Shown here: positions 21,242 through 30,966 of the stretch, one piece after another | Layout: every line of letters starts with the position of its first letter | How positions within the stretch are numbered: the first letter of the stretch is position 1 | Origin: Planctomycetota bacterium | GTDB lineage: Bacteria > Planctomycetota > MHYJ01 > WSZJ01 | DNA length: 64,000 nt | Reading direction: 5' to 3' | Assembly (NCBI GenBank): GCA_038060895.1 | Contig: JBBTCT010000012.1 | Span: 126,210-190,209, forward strand | Notes under the pieces: model-generated | What the model saw: only the letters and a program-made list of their open reading frames with translations | The model's database searches: none | Told to the model about the DNA's origin: nothing | Made by a program: the position numbers and the translations under genes

Positions 21242-22053
21242 AACGGCGGAAGAAGCCGGTGAAGAAGTCGCGGCCGTCGACCAGGAAACCGAACATTCTT
21301 GCGGCCCGGCCGCAGGGGCGCCGGGACGGGCGCGGGGCCGACGAGCTGCGGCCCGTCGCGTTCCGGCGAAACATCCTGGCGCACCTTCCGGGAAGCGTGC
21401 TGGCTGCGTTCGGGAGGACGCAGGTTCTCTGCACGGTGTGCGTGGAAGAGGGGGTGCCGGACTTCCTGCGCGGAAAAGGAACGGGCTGGCTGACCTCGGA
21501 ATACGGGATGCTTCCAGGTTCAACGAACCGGAGGAAACCGCGCGACCGCTCGGGGAAAGTGGACGGGCGGACGGTGGAAATCCAGCGGTTGATCGGCCGC
21601 GCGCTGCGGCAGGCGGTGGATCTCGGTGCGCTCGGAGAGCGCACGCTCTGGATCGACTGCGACGTCCTGCAGGCCGACGGCGGAACGCGCACGGCGTCCA
21701 TCACCGGAGCCTGGGTCGCGCTCAGCGACGCGCAGGACCGCCTCATCCGCGAGGGAAAACTCTTCAAGAAGTTCGTCAGCCAGCAGGTCGCGGCGGTTTC
21801 GGTGGGCATCGTCGGCGGGCGCGCGAGCCTGGATCTCGACTACTCCGAGGATTCGACCGCGGGAACGGACATGAACCTGGTGATGACGTCGAAGGGTCAG
21901 TTCGTGGAGATCCAGGGGACGGCGGAGCACGGGGCGTTTTCTGAAAAGCAGCTCGGTGAGATGCTGAAGCTCGGGCGGAAAGGAATGGAGAGGTTGTTTG
22001 AATTGCAGAGGGTCAGCGGAAAGAATGAGAAGGGCGTGAAGAGCCAGGGTTGA
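21238..22053 (+). CDS. rph: Ribonuclease PH
   Basis: GWLTSEYGMLP, EIQRLIGRALR, DVLQADGGTRTASITG, EIQGTAE. Confidence 0.97.
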   Translation: MKRRKKPVKKSRPSTRKPNILAARPQGRRDGRGADELRPVAFRRNILAHLPGSVLAAFGRTQVLCTVCVEEGVPDFLRGKGTGWLTSEYGMLPGSTNRRKPRDRSGKVDGRTVEIQRLIGRALRQAVDLGALGERTLWIDCDVLQADGGTRTASITGAWVALSDAQDRLIREGKLFKKFVSQQVAAVSVGIVGGRASLDLDYSEDSTAGTDMNLVMTSKGQFVEIQGTAEHGAFSEKQLGEMLKLGRKGMERLFELQRVSGKNEKGVKSQG

Positions 22054-22092
22054 TCGCGAGGATACGGCACGGCTTTGAGAAAGCCGGATTTC

Positions 22093-23379
22093 CTACTTGG
22101 GGACAAGGAGCGAGATCGCGCGGTTCTTCTTGCCAAAGTGCGCGCGCGCGGCCTTCAGGATCGCGGAACCGGTGACGTGGCTTACCAGCTTCGGAAGTTC
22201 GAAGACGTCGAACTTCTTGAAGTGAAACCGCAGCAGGAAGAAGGCGCAGGGGTCCACCTGGTCGAATCCCCGGAGGAAGGCGCCGAGGTATTTCCGCTTG
22301 ATCCGGTCGAGGTCCCTCCGGCGGATCCCGTCCTTGAGGAATTTCTCGAGCCCGGCAAGCAGGCCCTTCTCGAGCCCCTCCGGGTCGTCCGTCTCCCCGC
22401 CGCAGATCGTGGCCCCGAACGTGGGGGCCGACGAATACGACGCCGAGAACGACTCGTCGAGGAGCCCCTTGCCGTACAGCCGTTCGTAAAGCCGTGTCCC
22501 GCGGCCGATCAGGGCGTCGAGGGCGAGATTGAGGGCGACTTCCCTCTCAACTTCCGCGCGGCCGCGCGCCGGCGGGTCCGTCTCCTTCCACGCCATCATG
22601 AACTTCGGCCGCGCCACTTCCATCGCTTCGCTCCTCCGCGCTTCGCCGACCTCCCTGGGTTCGCGCGGGTACGAGCGCGAAATGCGGCCGTCGCGACCGA
22701 GGCCCAGCGCGGCGACCCCGGCCTGGACCTGCTCGAAAACGGCGCGCGGGTCGACGTCGCCCGCAACGGAAAGCACCATGTTGGAGGGCGAGTAAAAAGT
22801 GCGCCAGCACTGCTCGAGTTGCGCCGGCGAGATCGCCTGGATCGATTCCACCGTGCCGCCGATGTCGACGCGCGCGGGGTGCCTGCTGTAGAGCGACTCC
22901 TGCAGATTCTGGTAGATGCGGAAGTCCGGCATGTCCCGGTACATCCGCAGTTCCTGCTCGATGATCAGCTTTTCCTTCTCCACCCAGTCCGGCTTGAAGA
23001 CGGGGGCGAAGACAAGCCCGGTCAGCGTCGAGAGGTTGTCGGCGAAATTGTCGATGCAGGAAAAGTAGTAGATCGTCGTCGAGTACTCGGTGCCGGCGTT
23101 GGAGGAAGCGCCTTTCTTTGAGAACTCGACGAGCAAGTCGCCCTTTTCCTTCTTGAAGAGCTGATGCTCGAGAAAGTGCGCGATGCCGTGGGGCATCGAG
23201 TGCGACGCCCCCGCATGCCGGAAATCGTTGTCGATCGAGCCGTAGAGCGTGCCGAATACGGCGACCTTGCGCTGCATTCCCTTCTTGGGGAAGACGTACA
23301 CGGTCAGGCCGCAAGGGAGCTTCGCGAGGTGGTAAGTCTCGTCGATCAGCGGGGAGTAACGGTCGGAGACGGAGATCAC
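22093..23379 (-). CDS. M16-family zinc peptidase (YmfH-like)
   Basis: GIAHFLEHQLF (HxxEH), EKEKLIIEQE, DIGGTVESI. Confidence 0.9.
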   Translation of the reverse strand: MISVSDRYSPLIDETYHLAKLPCGLTVYVFPKKGMQRKVAVFGTLYGSIDNDFRHAGASHSMPHGIAHFLEHQLFKKEKGDLLVEFSKKGASSNAGTEYSTTIYYFSCIDNFADNLSTLTGLVFAPVFKPDWVEKEKLIIEQELRMYRDMPDFRIYQNLQESLYSRHPARVDIGGTVESIQAISPAQLEQCWRTFYSPSNMVLSVAGDVDPRAVFEQVQAGVAALGLGRDGRISRSYPREPREVGEARRSEAMEVARPKFMMAWKETDPPARGRAEVEREVALNLALDALIGRGTRLYERLYGKGLLDESFSASYSSAPTFGATICGGETDDPEGLEKGLLAGLEKFLKDGIRRRDLDRIKRKYLGAFLRGFDQVDPCAFFLLRFHFKKFDVFELPKLVSHVTGSAILKAARAHFGKKNRAISLLVPK

Positions 23380-23512
23380 GCGGGCATTGTAGGAACCTGG
23401 TGGAATCTGTCACGCGCGGCAAGCCGTTGGAGACGGGCAGGGGACGTGAGCGGGCGGGAAGAGATCGTGAGCGGACAGGAGGGAAGAGAATCGAATCTCC
23501 CACTTCTCTCAA

Positions 23513-23541
23513 TTGACACCCACTCCTTTCCCGGTTACTTT
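23513..23541 (+). promoter_or_regulatory. Sigma-70-type promoter
   Basis: TTGACA-17 nt-TACTTT upstream of the HPS-fusion gene. Confidence 0.5.
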
Positions 23542-23626
23542 ATGCAGGTCTTCGAGCCTCAACCGCTTCTACCGTAAATCCTTACGGAAGAGGAAGTTAA
23601 GGCGGAGACGGCCTTCGAGGCCACCC

Positions 23627-24940
23627 ATGAAAACAGTCCTGCAGGTCGCGCTGGATTTTCTTGAATTGAAGCGCGCCCTTGAGCTGGCGGCCGAGGCGGT
23701 TCGCGGCGGCGCCGACTGGCTCGAGGCGGGGACTCCTCTCATCAAGTCGGCCGGTCTCGACGCGGTCCGCGAGCTGCGCCGCGCGTTCCCAAAACACACG
23801 ATCGTCGCCGACCTCAAGACCATGGACGCGGGCCGGATTGAGATGGAAGCGGCGGCCAAGGCGGGCGCCAACGTCGGCACCGTGCTCGGCACGGCGAGCG
23901 AATCGACGATCATCGAATGCATCGAAGTCGGGAGGCACTACGGGATGGACGTGCACGTCGACCTGCTGAACGTCCCGGACCCGGGCGGCCTTGCGAAGAA
24001 GTGCGAGGAGTGGGGCGCGCACCACGTGGGGATTCACATGCCGATCGACGACCAGATGCGCGGCAAGCTTCCCATGGACCTGCTCCGCACGGTACGCGCG
24101 GCGACCCGGTTGCCTATCGCGGTCGCCGGCGGACTCAACTCCGAAACCGTCGTCGACGTGGTCGAGGCCGGCGGAGATATCCTCATCGTCGGCGGCGCGA
24201 TCACCAAGGCCACGCATGCTGAAAAGGCCACGCGCGATATCCGCCACGCCATCGACACCCGCGCGAAAATCCCCACGGACCTCTTCAAAAGGGGCGCTTC
24301 GGAAGACGAAATCCGCCGCATTCTCGGGCTGGTTTCCACGCCGAACGTCTCCGACGCGATGCACCGGTCGGGAGAGCTTCCCGGCGTGGTGAGCCAGAAT
24401 CACGGGCTGAAGGCGGTCGGCCCGGCGTACACGGTGCGCACCGCGCCCGGGGACTGGTCGAAGCCCGTCCGCGCCATCGAGGCCGCGAAACCGGGCGACG
24501 TCATCGTGATCGACGCGGGCGGAATTCCGCCGGCCATCTGGGGCGAGCTGGCGAGCCACTCCTGTTTGCGCAAGGGAGTCGCCGGAGTCGTCATCCACGG
24601 CGCCATCCGCGACATCGACGAGATCAGGAAAATGAAATTCCCAGCGTGGGCGACCCTCGTGACGCCGACCGCCGGCGAGCCCAAGGGATTCGGCGAAATG
24701 CAGGTCGCCATCCGCATCCATGGCGTCGAAATTGCACCCGGCGACTGGATCGCCGCCGACGACTCCGGCGTCGTACGCATCCCCCGCGGCAAAGCCGTCG
24801 AAGTCGCCAACAGGGCCATGAACGTCCTCGAGGCCGAGAACAGGCTTCGCGAGGAGATTCACAAGAAGGGAACGCTGAGCGAGATTGTCGAGCTCGAGAA
24901 GTGGGAGAAGGAGATCGGCGACCGGTCCGGGAAGAAGTGA
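23627..24940 (+). CDS. 3-hexulose-6-phosphate synthase fused to an RraA/HMG-aldolase-like domain
   Basis: HPS: LQVALD, EAGTPLIK, ADLKTMDAG, AVAGGL. RraA: VSDAM, GDVIVIDAGG, WGEL, GAIRD, PGDWIAADDSGVV. Confidence 0.9.
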   Translation: MKTVLQVALDFLELKRALELAAEAVRGGADWLEAGTPLIKSAGLDAVRELRRAFPKHTIVADLKTMDAGRIEMEAAAKAGANVGTVLGTASESTIIECIEVGRHYGMDVHVDLLNVPDPGGLAKKCEEWGAHHVGIHMPIDDQMRGKLPMDLLRTVRAATRLPIAVAGGLNSETVVDVVEAGGDILIVGGAITKATHAEKATRDIRHAIDTRAKIPTDLFKRGASEDEIRRILGLVSTPNVSDAMHRSGELPGVVSQNHGLKAVGPAYTVRTAPGDWSKPVRAIEAAKPGDVIVIDAGGIPPAIWGELASHSCLRKGVAGVVIHGAIRDIDEIRKMKFPAWATLVTPTAGEPKGFGEMQVAIRIHGVEIAPGDWIAADDSGVVRIPRGKAVEVANRAMNVLEAENRLREEIHKKGTLSEIVELEKWEKEIGDRSGKK

Positions 24941-24996
24941 TGTCCGTGCCGTTTGAACGTGCCGTGCTGCAGTCCCCTTCGTAGAAGGAGGCGAGC

Positions 24997-25383
24997 ATGG
25001 AAGTCATCAAGAAAGCGAACCGTTGCGACGTCTGCCGCCGCCGCGAGGCCGGAAACCTCTGGACCGTCCTCGACGGCCAGGCCGTCGTCCGTGAACGCCG
25101 CATCTGCGACGTCTGCATCCGCGTCCGCGCTGCGCTCGCCCGCGCCCACTCCTGCGCCAACTGCGGGAAGAAAAACGCCCGCCGCTTCCGTCTGCGCTTC
25201 TCCCCCGGCGGCATGTCGCTGGCCGTGCACCTCTGCCGCCAGTGCTGGAGCAAGCAGACGGTCGTGGACCGGATTCACAGGAAGATCAAGGGCGTGGTCA
25301 AGCGCCGCGGCGACCACGACGAAGCGACGCTTCAGCGCGATATCGAGAGGTTCCTGCGCCGGCAGGACGGCGACCTCAATTAG
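24997..25383 (+). CDS. Hypothetical protein with four CxxC motifs (two McsA-like zinc fingers)
   Basis: CDVC, ICDVC, CANC, LCRQC; RBS GAAGGAGG. Confidence 0.75.
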   Translation: MEVIKKANRCDVCRRREAGNLWTVLDGQAVVRERRICDVCIRVRAALARAHSCANCGKKNARRFRLRFSPGGMSLAVHLCRQCWSKQTVVDRIHRKIKGVVKRRGDHDEATLQRDIERFLRRQDGDLN

Positions 25384-25418
25384 AGGTAGAATAGGCAGAG
25401 CTTCGCAGGAGAACCATC

Positions 25419-26057
25419 GTGTCCAACCATCAGAAAATGTGCGAGTCGTGCCAGGAGAACCCCGCCACCGTTCACGAGACGGCGATGGAGAACAACCAGG
25501 TCACTCGCGAAAAGCACCTGTGCGACCAGTGCGCCGCAAAGCAGGGCGTCATCGGCAAGATGCAGACGAACCTCGTGGCGCAGCTGCTCGGAAGCCTGAA
25601 AGAGAAGCAGAAAGGGGCCGGGAAAGAAGCGGACGTCCGCTGCCCCGACTGCGGGATTCTCTACAGCGAGTTCCGCGCCAAGGCGCGCTTCGGCTGCTCC
25701 CGCGACTACGACGTCTTCCGCAAGCACGTGCTGGCGCTTCTCGAAAAAATCCACGGTTCGACGGATCACGTGGGGAAGCGGCCGAAGGGTGCGCCGAAGG
25801 CGCCGCCGAAAGAGGTGGAGAAGCCTGCTGAGAAGGCGGCGAAGTCGGTTACGGTCGTGAAAGGGAGCGAAGCGGCATCGACGAAAGCGTCCCAGGAAAA
25901 GCAGGCGAAGGAATTTGCGGGCTCGATGAAGCCGAAAACTGTCACGGAGATGGAGAAGGAGCTGGAGAAACTGGTGAAGGCGGAGGACTTTGAGAAGGCG
26001 GCGAAGCTGCGGGACGCGATCCGTGACTTGAAGGGGAAGAAGGAGACGAAGGAGTGA
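25419..26057 (+). CDS. mcsA: Protein-arginine kinase activator McsA
   Basis: CESC..PATVH, HLCDQCA, CPDCG, GCSRDY, HVGKRP, UVR motif EDFEKAAKLRDAI. Confidence 0.93.
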   Translation: MSNHQKMCESCQENPATVHETAMENNQVTREKHLCDQCAAKQGVIGKMQTNLVAQLLGSLKEKQKGAGKEADVRCPDCGILYSEFRAKARFGCSRDYDVFRKHVLALLEKIHGSTDHVGKRPKGAPKAPPKEVEKPAEKAAKSVTVVKGSEAASTKASQEKQAKEFAGSMKPKTVTEMEKELEKLVKAEDFEKAAKLRDAIRDLKGKKETKE

Positions 26058-27112
26058 TCAGCATCGACGAGCTGGCGGGGCGGACGGGCGAGTGGCTCCG
26101 CGGGACGGGCCCTGAGAATGACATCGTGGTGTCGAGCCGGATACGGCTGGCGCGGAATGTCGCGGCGCGTCCGTTCCTGACGGTGGCGTCGCACAAGGTG
26201 AAAGCCGAGCTGGAGGCGCAGATCCGGGAAGGGCTGGAGGGAGTGAACCTCGGGAAGGCGCGGCTGTACGTGAGCCTGAAGGAAGCGTCGCCGGTGGACC
26301 GGCAGTTCCTGATGGAGCGGCACCTGATCTCGCGCGACCTGCTGAATGCGGAGGGAGACCGCGGGGTGGCGATTGCGAACGAGGAAACGGTCGCGATCAT
26401 GGTGAACGAGGAGGACCACCTGCGGATCCAGGTGCTCCGGAGCGGGCTCCAGCTGTCGGAGGCGTGGCGGGAGATCGACCGGATCGACGACGAGATTGCA
26501 GGGAAGCTGCCGTACGCGTTCCATGCCCAGTTCGGCTACCTGACCGCGTGCCCGACGAACGCGGGGACGGGGATGCGGATCAGCGTGCTGCTGCACCTCC
26601 CTGCCCTGGTGATGACGCGGCAGATCGACAAGGTGTTCCAGGCGCTGTCGCGGATCAACTTCAGCGTGCGCGGCCTGTACGGCGAGGGAACGCAGGCGTC
26701 GGGAAATTTCTACCAGATCTCAAACCAGGCGACGCTCGGCAAGGCGGAGACGCAGCTCGTGCAGTCGCTGTCCGAGGTCGTTCCGGAAATCGTGAAATTC
26801 GAGCGGCACTGCCGCGAGAAGCTGGCGAAGGAACAGAAGACGGCGCTGGAGGACCGGGTGTACCGCGCCTGCGGGACGCTGAAGTACGCGCGCTCGATCA
26901 CTTCCGAAGAAACCATGGAGCTGTTGTCGGCCATCCGGCTGGGCAGCCAGCTGTCGCTTCTCCCGGACATCAAGCCGGGAACGATCAACGAGCTGTTCGT
27001 CTCGACCCAGCCCGGGCACCTTCAGAAGCACGAAGGCCGGCCGCTGACGGCGCCTGAGAGGGACCTGGCGCGCGCGGGCTTCATCCGGGGGCGCCTCGGC
27101 GGAAAGAGCTAG
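26054..27112 (+). CDS. mcsB: Protein arginine kinase McsB
   Basis: SSRIRLARN, MVNEEDHLRIQ, GYLTACPTN.GTG, VRGLYGEG, YQISNQ.TLG. Confidence 0.96.
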   Translation: MISIDELAGRTGEWLRGTGPENDIVVSSRIRLARNVAARPFLTVASHKVKAELEAQIREGLEGVNLGKARLYVSLKEASPVDRQFLMERHLISRDLLNAEGDRGVAIANEETVAIMVNEEDHLRIQVLRSGLQLSEAWREIDRIDDEIAGKLPYAFHAQFGYLTACPTNAGTGMRISVLLHLPALVMTRQIDKVFQALSRINFSVRGLYGEGTQASGNFYQISNQATLGKAETQLVQSLSEVVPEIVKFERHCREKLAKEQKTALEDRVYRACGTLKYARSITSEETMELLSAIRLGSQLSLLPDIKPGTINELFVSTQPGHLQKHEGRPLTAPERDLARAGFIRGRLGGKS

Positions 27113-27114
27113 GG

Positions 27115-30100
27115 GTGGAGAGGCGACGCCGATTGCCACGGAAGCCGGCTTCCGTTGGCTCGCGTTGCCGGGCCAGGGCCGGGCAGGGCGCGGCAGGAAT
27201 TGTGATCCTGACCGTCCTGTTCTTCTTCGCGCTGATCCTCCTCACCATCGTCGGCCTCACGCGACTCCAGCCGGTCACCACCAGCCGCCAGCCGGGAGAC
27301 GTGCGCGCCCTCATGCTGGCCCACGCGGGGATCCAGCGGGCTCTCGAAGAGCTGCCGGCCGAAGCGTCGCGCGCCTGGCAGGGACGCGATGCGCTCGCGG
27401 GGGAACCGCGCCCTGGCGAGCCCTGGACCTACTGGGGCGAGGACTCGAACGCCAACGGCGCGCGCGAGGACGGGGAGGACGTCAATGGGAATTCGCTTCT
27501 GGACGCCGTCGGCGCGCCTCTCGACGAGGCCCTCCGGCCGAGCTACGCGGAACGCAACGGCTCGTCGCCCCAGGTGGTGATGGTGGACGGGCGCCCTCGC
27601 GGCGTCTCGGGATTCCTGCGCGGCACCATCCAGTCCCAGGGTGACCACTACGTCCTGCGCATCACCGACGCCGCTTCGCGCATCTGGCTCAACGGCCCTC
27701 CCGAGAGGACGCGCCCCATGCTGGCCCGGCTCGCCCGGCGCGTCGGGTACCCCGAGGGCGTCGCCAGCCAACTCGCAGGGCAGATCACCGCGCACGTGGG
27801 CGCCGTCCAGAAAACCCGCGAAGTCGCCGCCGGGCGCGAGCTGACTCCCGAGGAAATGATCGTCCTGCGAAGCGAAGAAGACCTGATTCCGATTGTCGGG
27901 GTTGAAGCGTGGAAGCGGCTCGAACCCTACGTGACGGCGCACGCGTGGGTCGATGTCAACACGCTCGACATCTGCCCCGCGAAACGGCGCGTCCGCGAAA
28001 TCCACCCGGGCGAGCCTGTGTTCGCATTCGGCGACCTCCGGCCCTTCGCGCTGCGCGTCCTGCCCCGCGCCCCGGTCAACCTGAACACCGCACCTGCATT
28101 CGTGCTGGCCGCAATCTTTGAGGGCGTCCAGGGAGTCTGGGTCGAGGAAACCGCGCGACCGATGGGGCCTTCGGGATGGGGAACCGGCTACGCGTGGATG
28201 GACCAGCCCCTCTCCAGCTCCGACTCAAGCGGCGCGCTCGGCATTCTCCGCTCGACATCCCCCGTCACCGCCAACCAGGCGGACCGCCTCGCCGCAGAAG
28301 TCGTCAAGGCCCGCGCGCGCACCCCCTTTCGCACCTGGGACGGATTCCGCCGCTTCCTCAACCTCCAGGTCCATGCCGGCACGATCGACGCCATGCAGGC
28401 GGAAGCGCTTCGCGCCAACGCCGATCCGAATTCGCTTCTGAACGACTTCAACCCGGACCGGAATGCGTGGGTCCCCATCGACAAGACGGACCTGCTCGCT
28501 TCCGGGGCGACGACGGAGTTCTGCTTCTCTTCGATGGGCGTCTTCGTGGTCGAGTCGCTAGGGCGAGTTCTTGACGCGAGCGGGCGGGTGCTCGCGAAGC
28601 GCCTGGTCAAGTCCCACGTGAAGGCCTATGAGGTCTGGCGCGAGACGACGGAAAACGAGTTCCTGGCAGCGCTTCGTGCCGGAGCCGAACCTGAAGCGCA
28701 GGTTGCGCTCTACGAAGGCGACGGGGTGACGCGACGCGGGCTTTCGCTCGAGGTCCTGCCTGACGCTGCGCCCGATGCGCCGGCTGACCGCGATGCCGTG
28801 AAGTGGCTGTGGTTCGACGGGAGGATCGGGTTGTCCACGCTCATTTCGCCCGGCGGCCCCGGCACCTGGCTGCTCGCGACACTCACGCCGCCGATGCGCG
28901 AGGCGCTCGACGCGGACTACTTCCGCGTCCGCCTGCCGCCGCCGGGCACGGAAGAACGGAGGAAGTTCGATACTGACCCCGAGGAGCGGAGGAAGAGGGA
29001 ACGGGATGCACGGCGCCCGCGTCTCGAAGGAGAGCCGTCGCCCGGCCCCCTGATCCAGAACTCTGGACCGAAAGCAGGCCGTGGCGAAGCGGGTGGAAGC
29101 GATGCGTCCGTGGCCTCGCCGGGAAGGCTCTTCCCCGACGGCGCCTACCTCGAGCGCGACGCGTGCCTGCGATACCGGGCTCTGGACAATCTGCCGTGGA
29201 AGAGTGGCGAGACACGCAGCGGTTGCGTGTCGTTCTGGATGAAGCCGGCGTTCGACCCGGGGCGCTCATCGCGCCCGAGAACGCTCTGGAGCATTGACCG
29301 GCGGGCCATAGCCGTCGCGCCGGGGCTCGTCGAGGCGCCGGTCTTCGGCGCGTATCTGTTCCCGACTGGCACGGATGGAATCGGTTCCGAGGGGCCCTAC
29401 CGGTACGGGTTCCCGCTTCGGGGCCTCGCCGGATTCGGCATGGGTCAACGGGAAGGCAGCGGCGGCTGGACGGTTGCCGGAGTGGCGACGGGGCGAGCGG
29501 AATTCAATGCGATCCGGCCTCACGAGTGGGTGCACCTGGCATTTGCGTGGGATCTCGACCAGCCGGTGGATCGCGCTTTCCGGATGGCGGTCAACGGGAA
29601 GCTCGTCCCGGCGGCGAACGCCTTTGAGCAGCAGCCGGGAGGCCTCCCCCTTCGCGCGCGGATTGACCTCTCTGCCAACGGACCCGAGGATTCGACCTGG
29701 ATTTCCTTCGGCGCTCTCGGCGACGACCCCCGCCGCAACTTCGCGCTCGACGCGACCATCGATGAGATCCGTGTGGGGACGCTGGATGCGTTCGAGGAGG
29801 CGCGGCGCGACGCCGCGGAGGGGCGGTACGCGCGCGTGGCCGACCTGGCGCCGAGGCGCGCCGGCGGCGCGACATTCACGAGCGCGGCGCGGGCCACCGG
29901 CGGACCTGCGGTCCCGGGATCGATCGCATGGACCGTGCGCGAGGCGCCCGGCCTGCCGGACTCCGCGGTCCGCCTCCAGTTCAGCGACGGTCGCCGGTGG
30001 CGCGGGCCCTTTGACGAGCCGGGCGGGGAGGCCGTCGGCGAATCCACGGAGATTCCCGTGACCGGAGAGTTCCGCTGGCGCGCCGTGATCACAACCGGTT

Positions 30101-30207
30101 ACAGCCCCGACCTGCCGGTGAACGAAACCCCTTACCTCGACGACGTGACCATCACCTACGCGACGAAACCGCGAACGCTCGGCTTCTCAATCCCTCCCGC
30201 AAAGTAG
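27115..30207 (+). CDS. Large membrane-anchored protein with PulK/PilX-like N-terminus and LamG-like domain
   Basis: G-hydrophobic helix then ALMLAHAGIQRA; PVNLNTAP; EDSNANG/EDVNGN Ca-binding-like loops; SFWMKP, WVHLAFAWD, IDEIRV. Confidence 0.7.
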   Translation: MERRRRLPRKPASVGSRCRARAGQGAAGIVILTVLFFFALILLTIVGLTRLQPVTTSRQPGDVRALMLAHAGIQRALEELPAEASRAWQGRDALAGEPRPGEPWTYWGEDSNANGAREDGEDVNGNSLLDAVGAPLDEALRPSYAERNGSSPQVVMVDGRPRGVSGFLRGTIQSQGDHYVLRITDAASRIWLNGPPERTRPMLARLARRVGYPEGVASQLAGQITAHVGAVQKTREVAAGRELTPEEMIVLRSEEDLIPIVGVEAWKRLEPYVTAHAWVDVNTLDICPAKRRVREIHPGEPVFAFGDLRPFALRVLPRAPVNLNTAPAFVLAAIFEGVQGVWVEETARPMGPSGWGTGYAWMDQPLSSSDSSGALGILRSTSPVTANQADRLAAEVVKARARTPFRTWDGFRRFLNLQVHAGTIDAMQAEALRANADPNSLLNDFNPDRNAWVPIDKTDLLASGATTEFCFSSMGVFVVESLGRVLDASGRVLAKRLVKSHVKAYEVWRETTENEFLAALRAGAEPEAQVALYEGDGVTRRGLSLEVLPDAAPDAPADRDAVKWLWFDGRIGLSTLISPGGPGTWLLATLTPPMREALDADYFRVRLPPPGTEERRKFDTDPEERRKRERDARRPRLEGEPSPGPLIQNSGPKAGRGEAGGSDASVASPGRLFPDGAYLERDACLRYRALDNLPWKSGETRSGCVSFWMKPAFDPGRSSRPRTLWSIDRRAIAVAPGLVEAPVFGAYLFPTGTDGIGSEGPYRYGFPLRGLAGFGMGQREGSGGWTVAGVATGRAEFNAIRPHEWVHLAFAWDLDQPVDRAFRMAVNGKLVPAANAFEQQPGGLPLRARIDLSANGPEDSTWISFGALGDDPRRNFALDATIDEIRVGTLDAFEEARRDAAEGRYARVADLAPRRAGGATFTSAARATGGPAVPGSIAWTVREAPGLPDSAVRLQFSDGRRWRGPFDEPGGEAVGESTEIPVTGEFRWRAVITTGYSPDLPVNETPYLDDVTITYATKPRTLGFSIPPAK

Positions 30208-30213
30208 CTCCGT

Positions 30214-30762
30214 CTACCCCTTCCACCGCGCAAAAATGTGCTCGAACTCCGTTTTCAGTTCCTCCATGCCCTTCTCATTCACGATCGTGATGTCCGCCAT
30301 CGCAATCGGTCCCGCCTTGTGCAGCTTCTCGATTTCAGCATGGTCCCGGCTCTCCGATTCGGCCCGCGCCAGCGGCCTCACCCCGCGCCCTCCGAGCCGC
30401 TTGTACCGGGTTCCCGGTGAAGTCTGCACGCAGATCACCGTGAAGCGCGCGCCGAATCTCTGCCTCAACATCAGGTATTCCTCCCACGAGTACATCCCGT
30501 CGCAGACAACCGCTCCCTTCGCCAGCGCCGCCTCGATGTGCGGCAGATTCAGAAGCGCGTACGCCGCCATCCCGTGCTTCTGGCGCAATTCCTCCCGCAC
30601 AACGCGCTCGTTCGCCTCGTTGACCGGAAGCCCTCGCGCCCGCACCTCGTCTTCCGTCACCTGTCCGAAGCGCACGCGCGTCCAGCCCCGCGCCTCGAAC
30701 AGCGCCGCGAGCTCCGATTTGCCGCTTCCGGCCAGGCCGACGACCGCGACGACGGGATTCAT
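30214..30762 (-). CDS. P-loop nucleotide kinase, dephospho-CoA-kinase/UPF0200-like
   Basis: GLAGSGKS, ELRQKHGMAA, DGMYSWEE, IAMADITIVNE. Confidence 0.82.
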   Translation of the reverse strand: MNPVVAVVGLAGSGKSELAALFEARGWTRVRFGQVTEDEVRARGLPVNEANERVVREELRQKHGMAAYALLNLPHIEAALAKGAVVCDGMYSWEEYLMLRQRFGARFTVICVQTSPGTRYKRLGGRGVRPLARAESESRDHAEIEKLHKAGPIAMADITIVNEKGMEELKTEFEHIFARWKG

Positions 30763-30966
30763 GCGCGAAAGTTAAGCCGAAATTGAGGGGCCGGTCCAGC
30801 AAGGCCGGCGGGCAGACGGGCGCGCGGGCAGGCGGGCGAACGACAAACAGCCTCACAAATCGGCGGCTTCATGATGCCCGCGTGCGCGAAGCGCGCCGCC
30901 CGCCTGGCGGCCGCCCTTCGACGTTTCTTCCTTCCGGCCCCTCAGAATGTTAGAAATACGCGCTTC

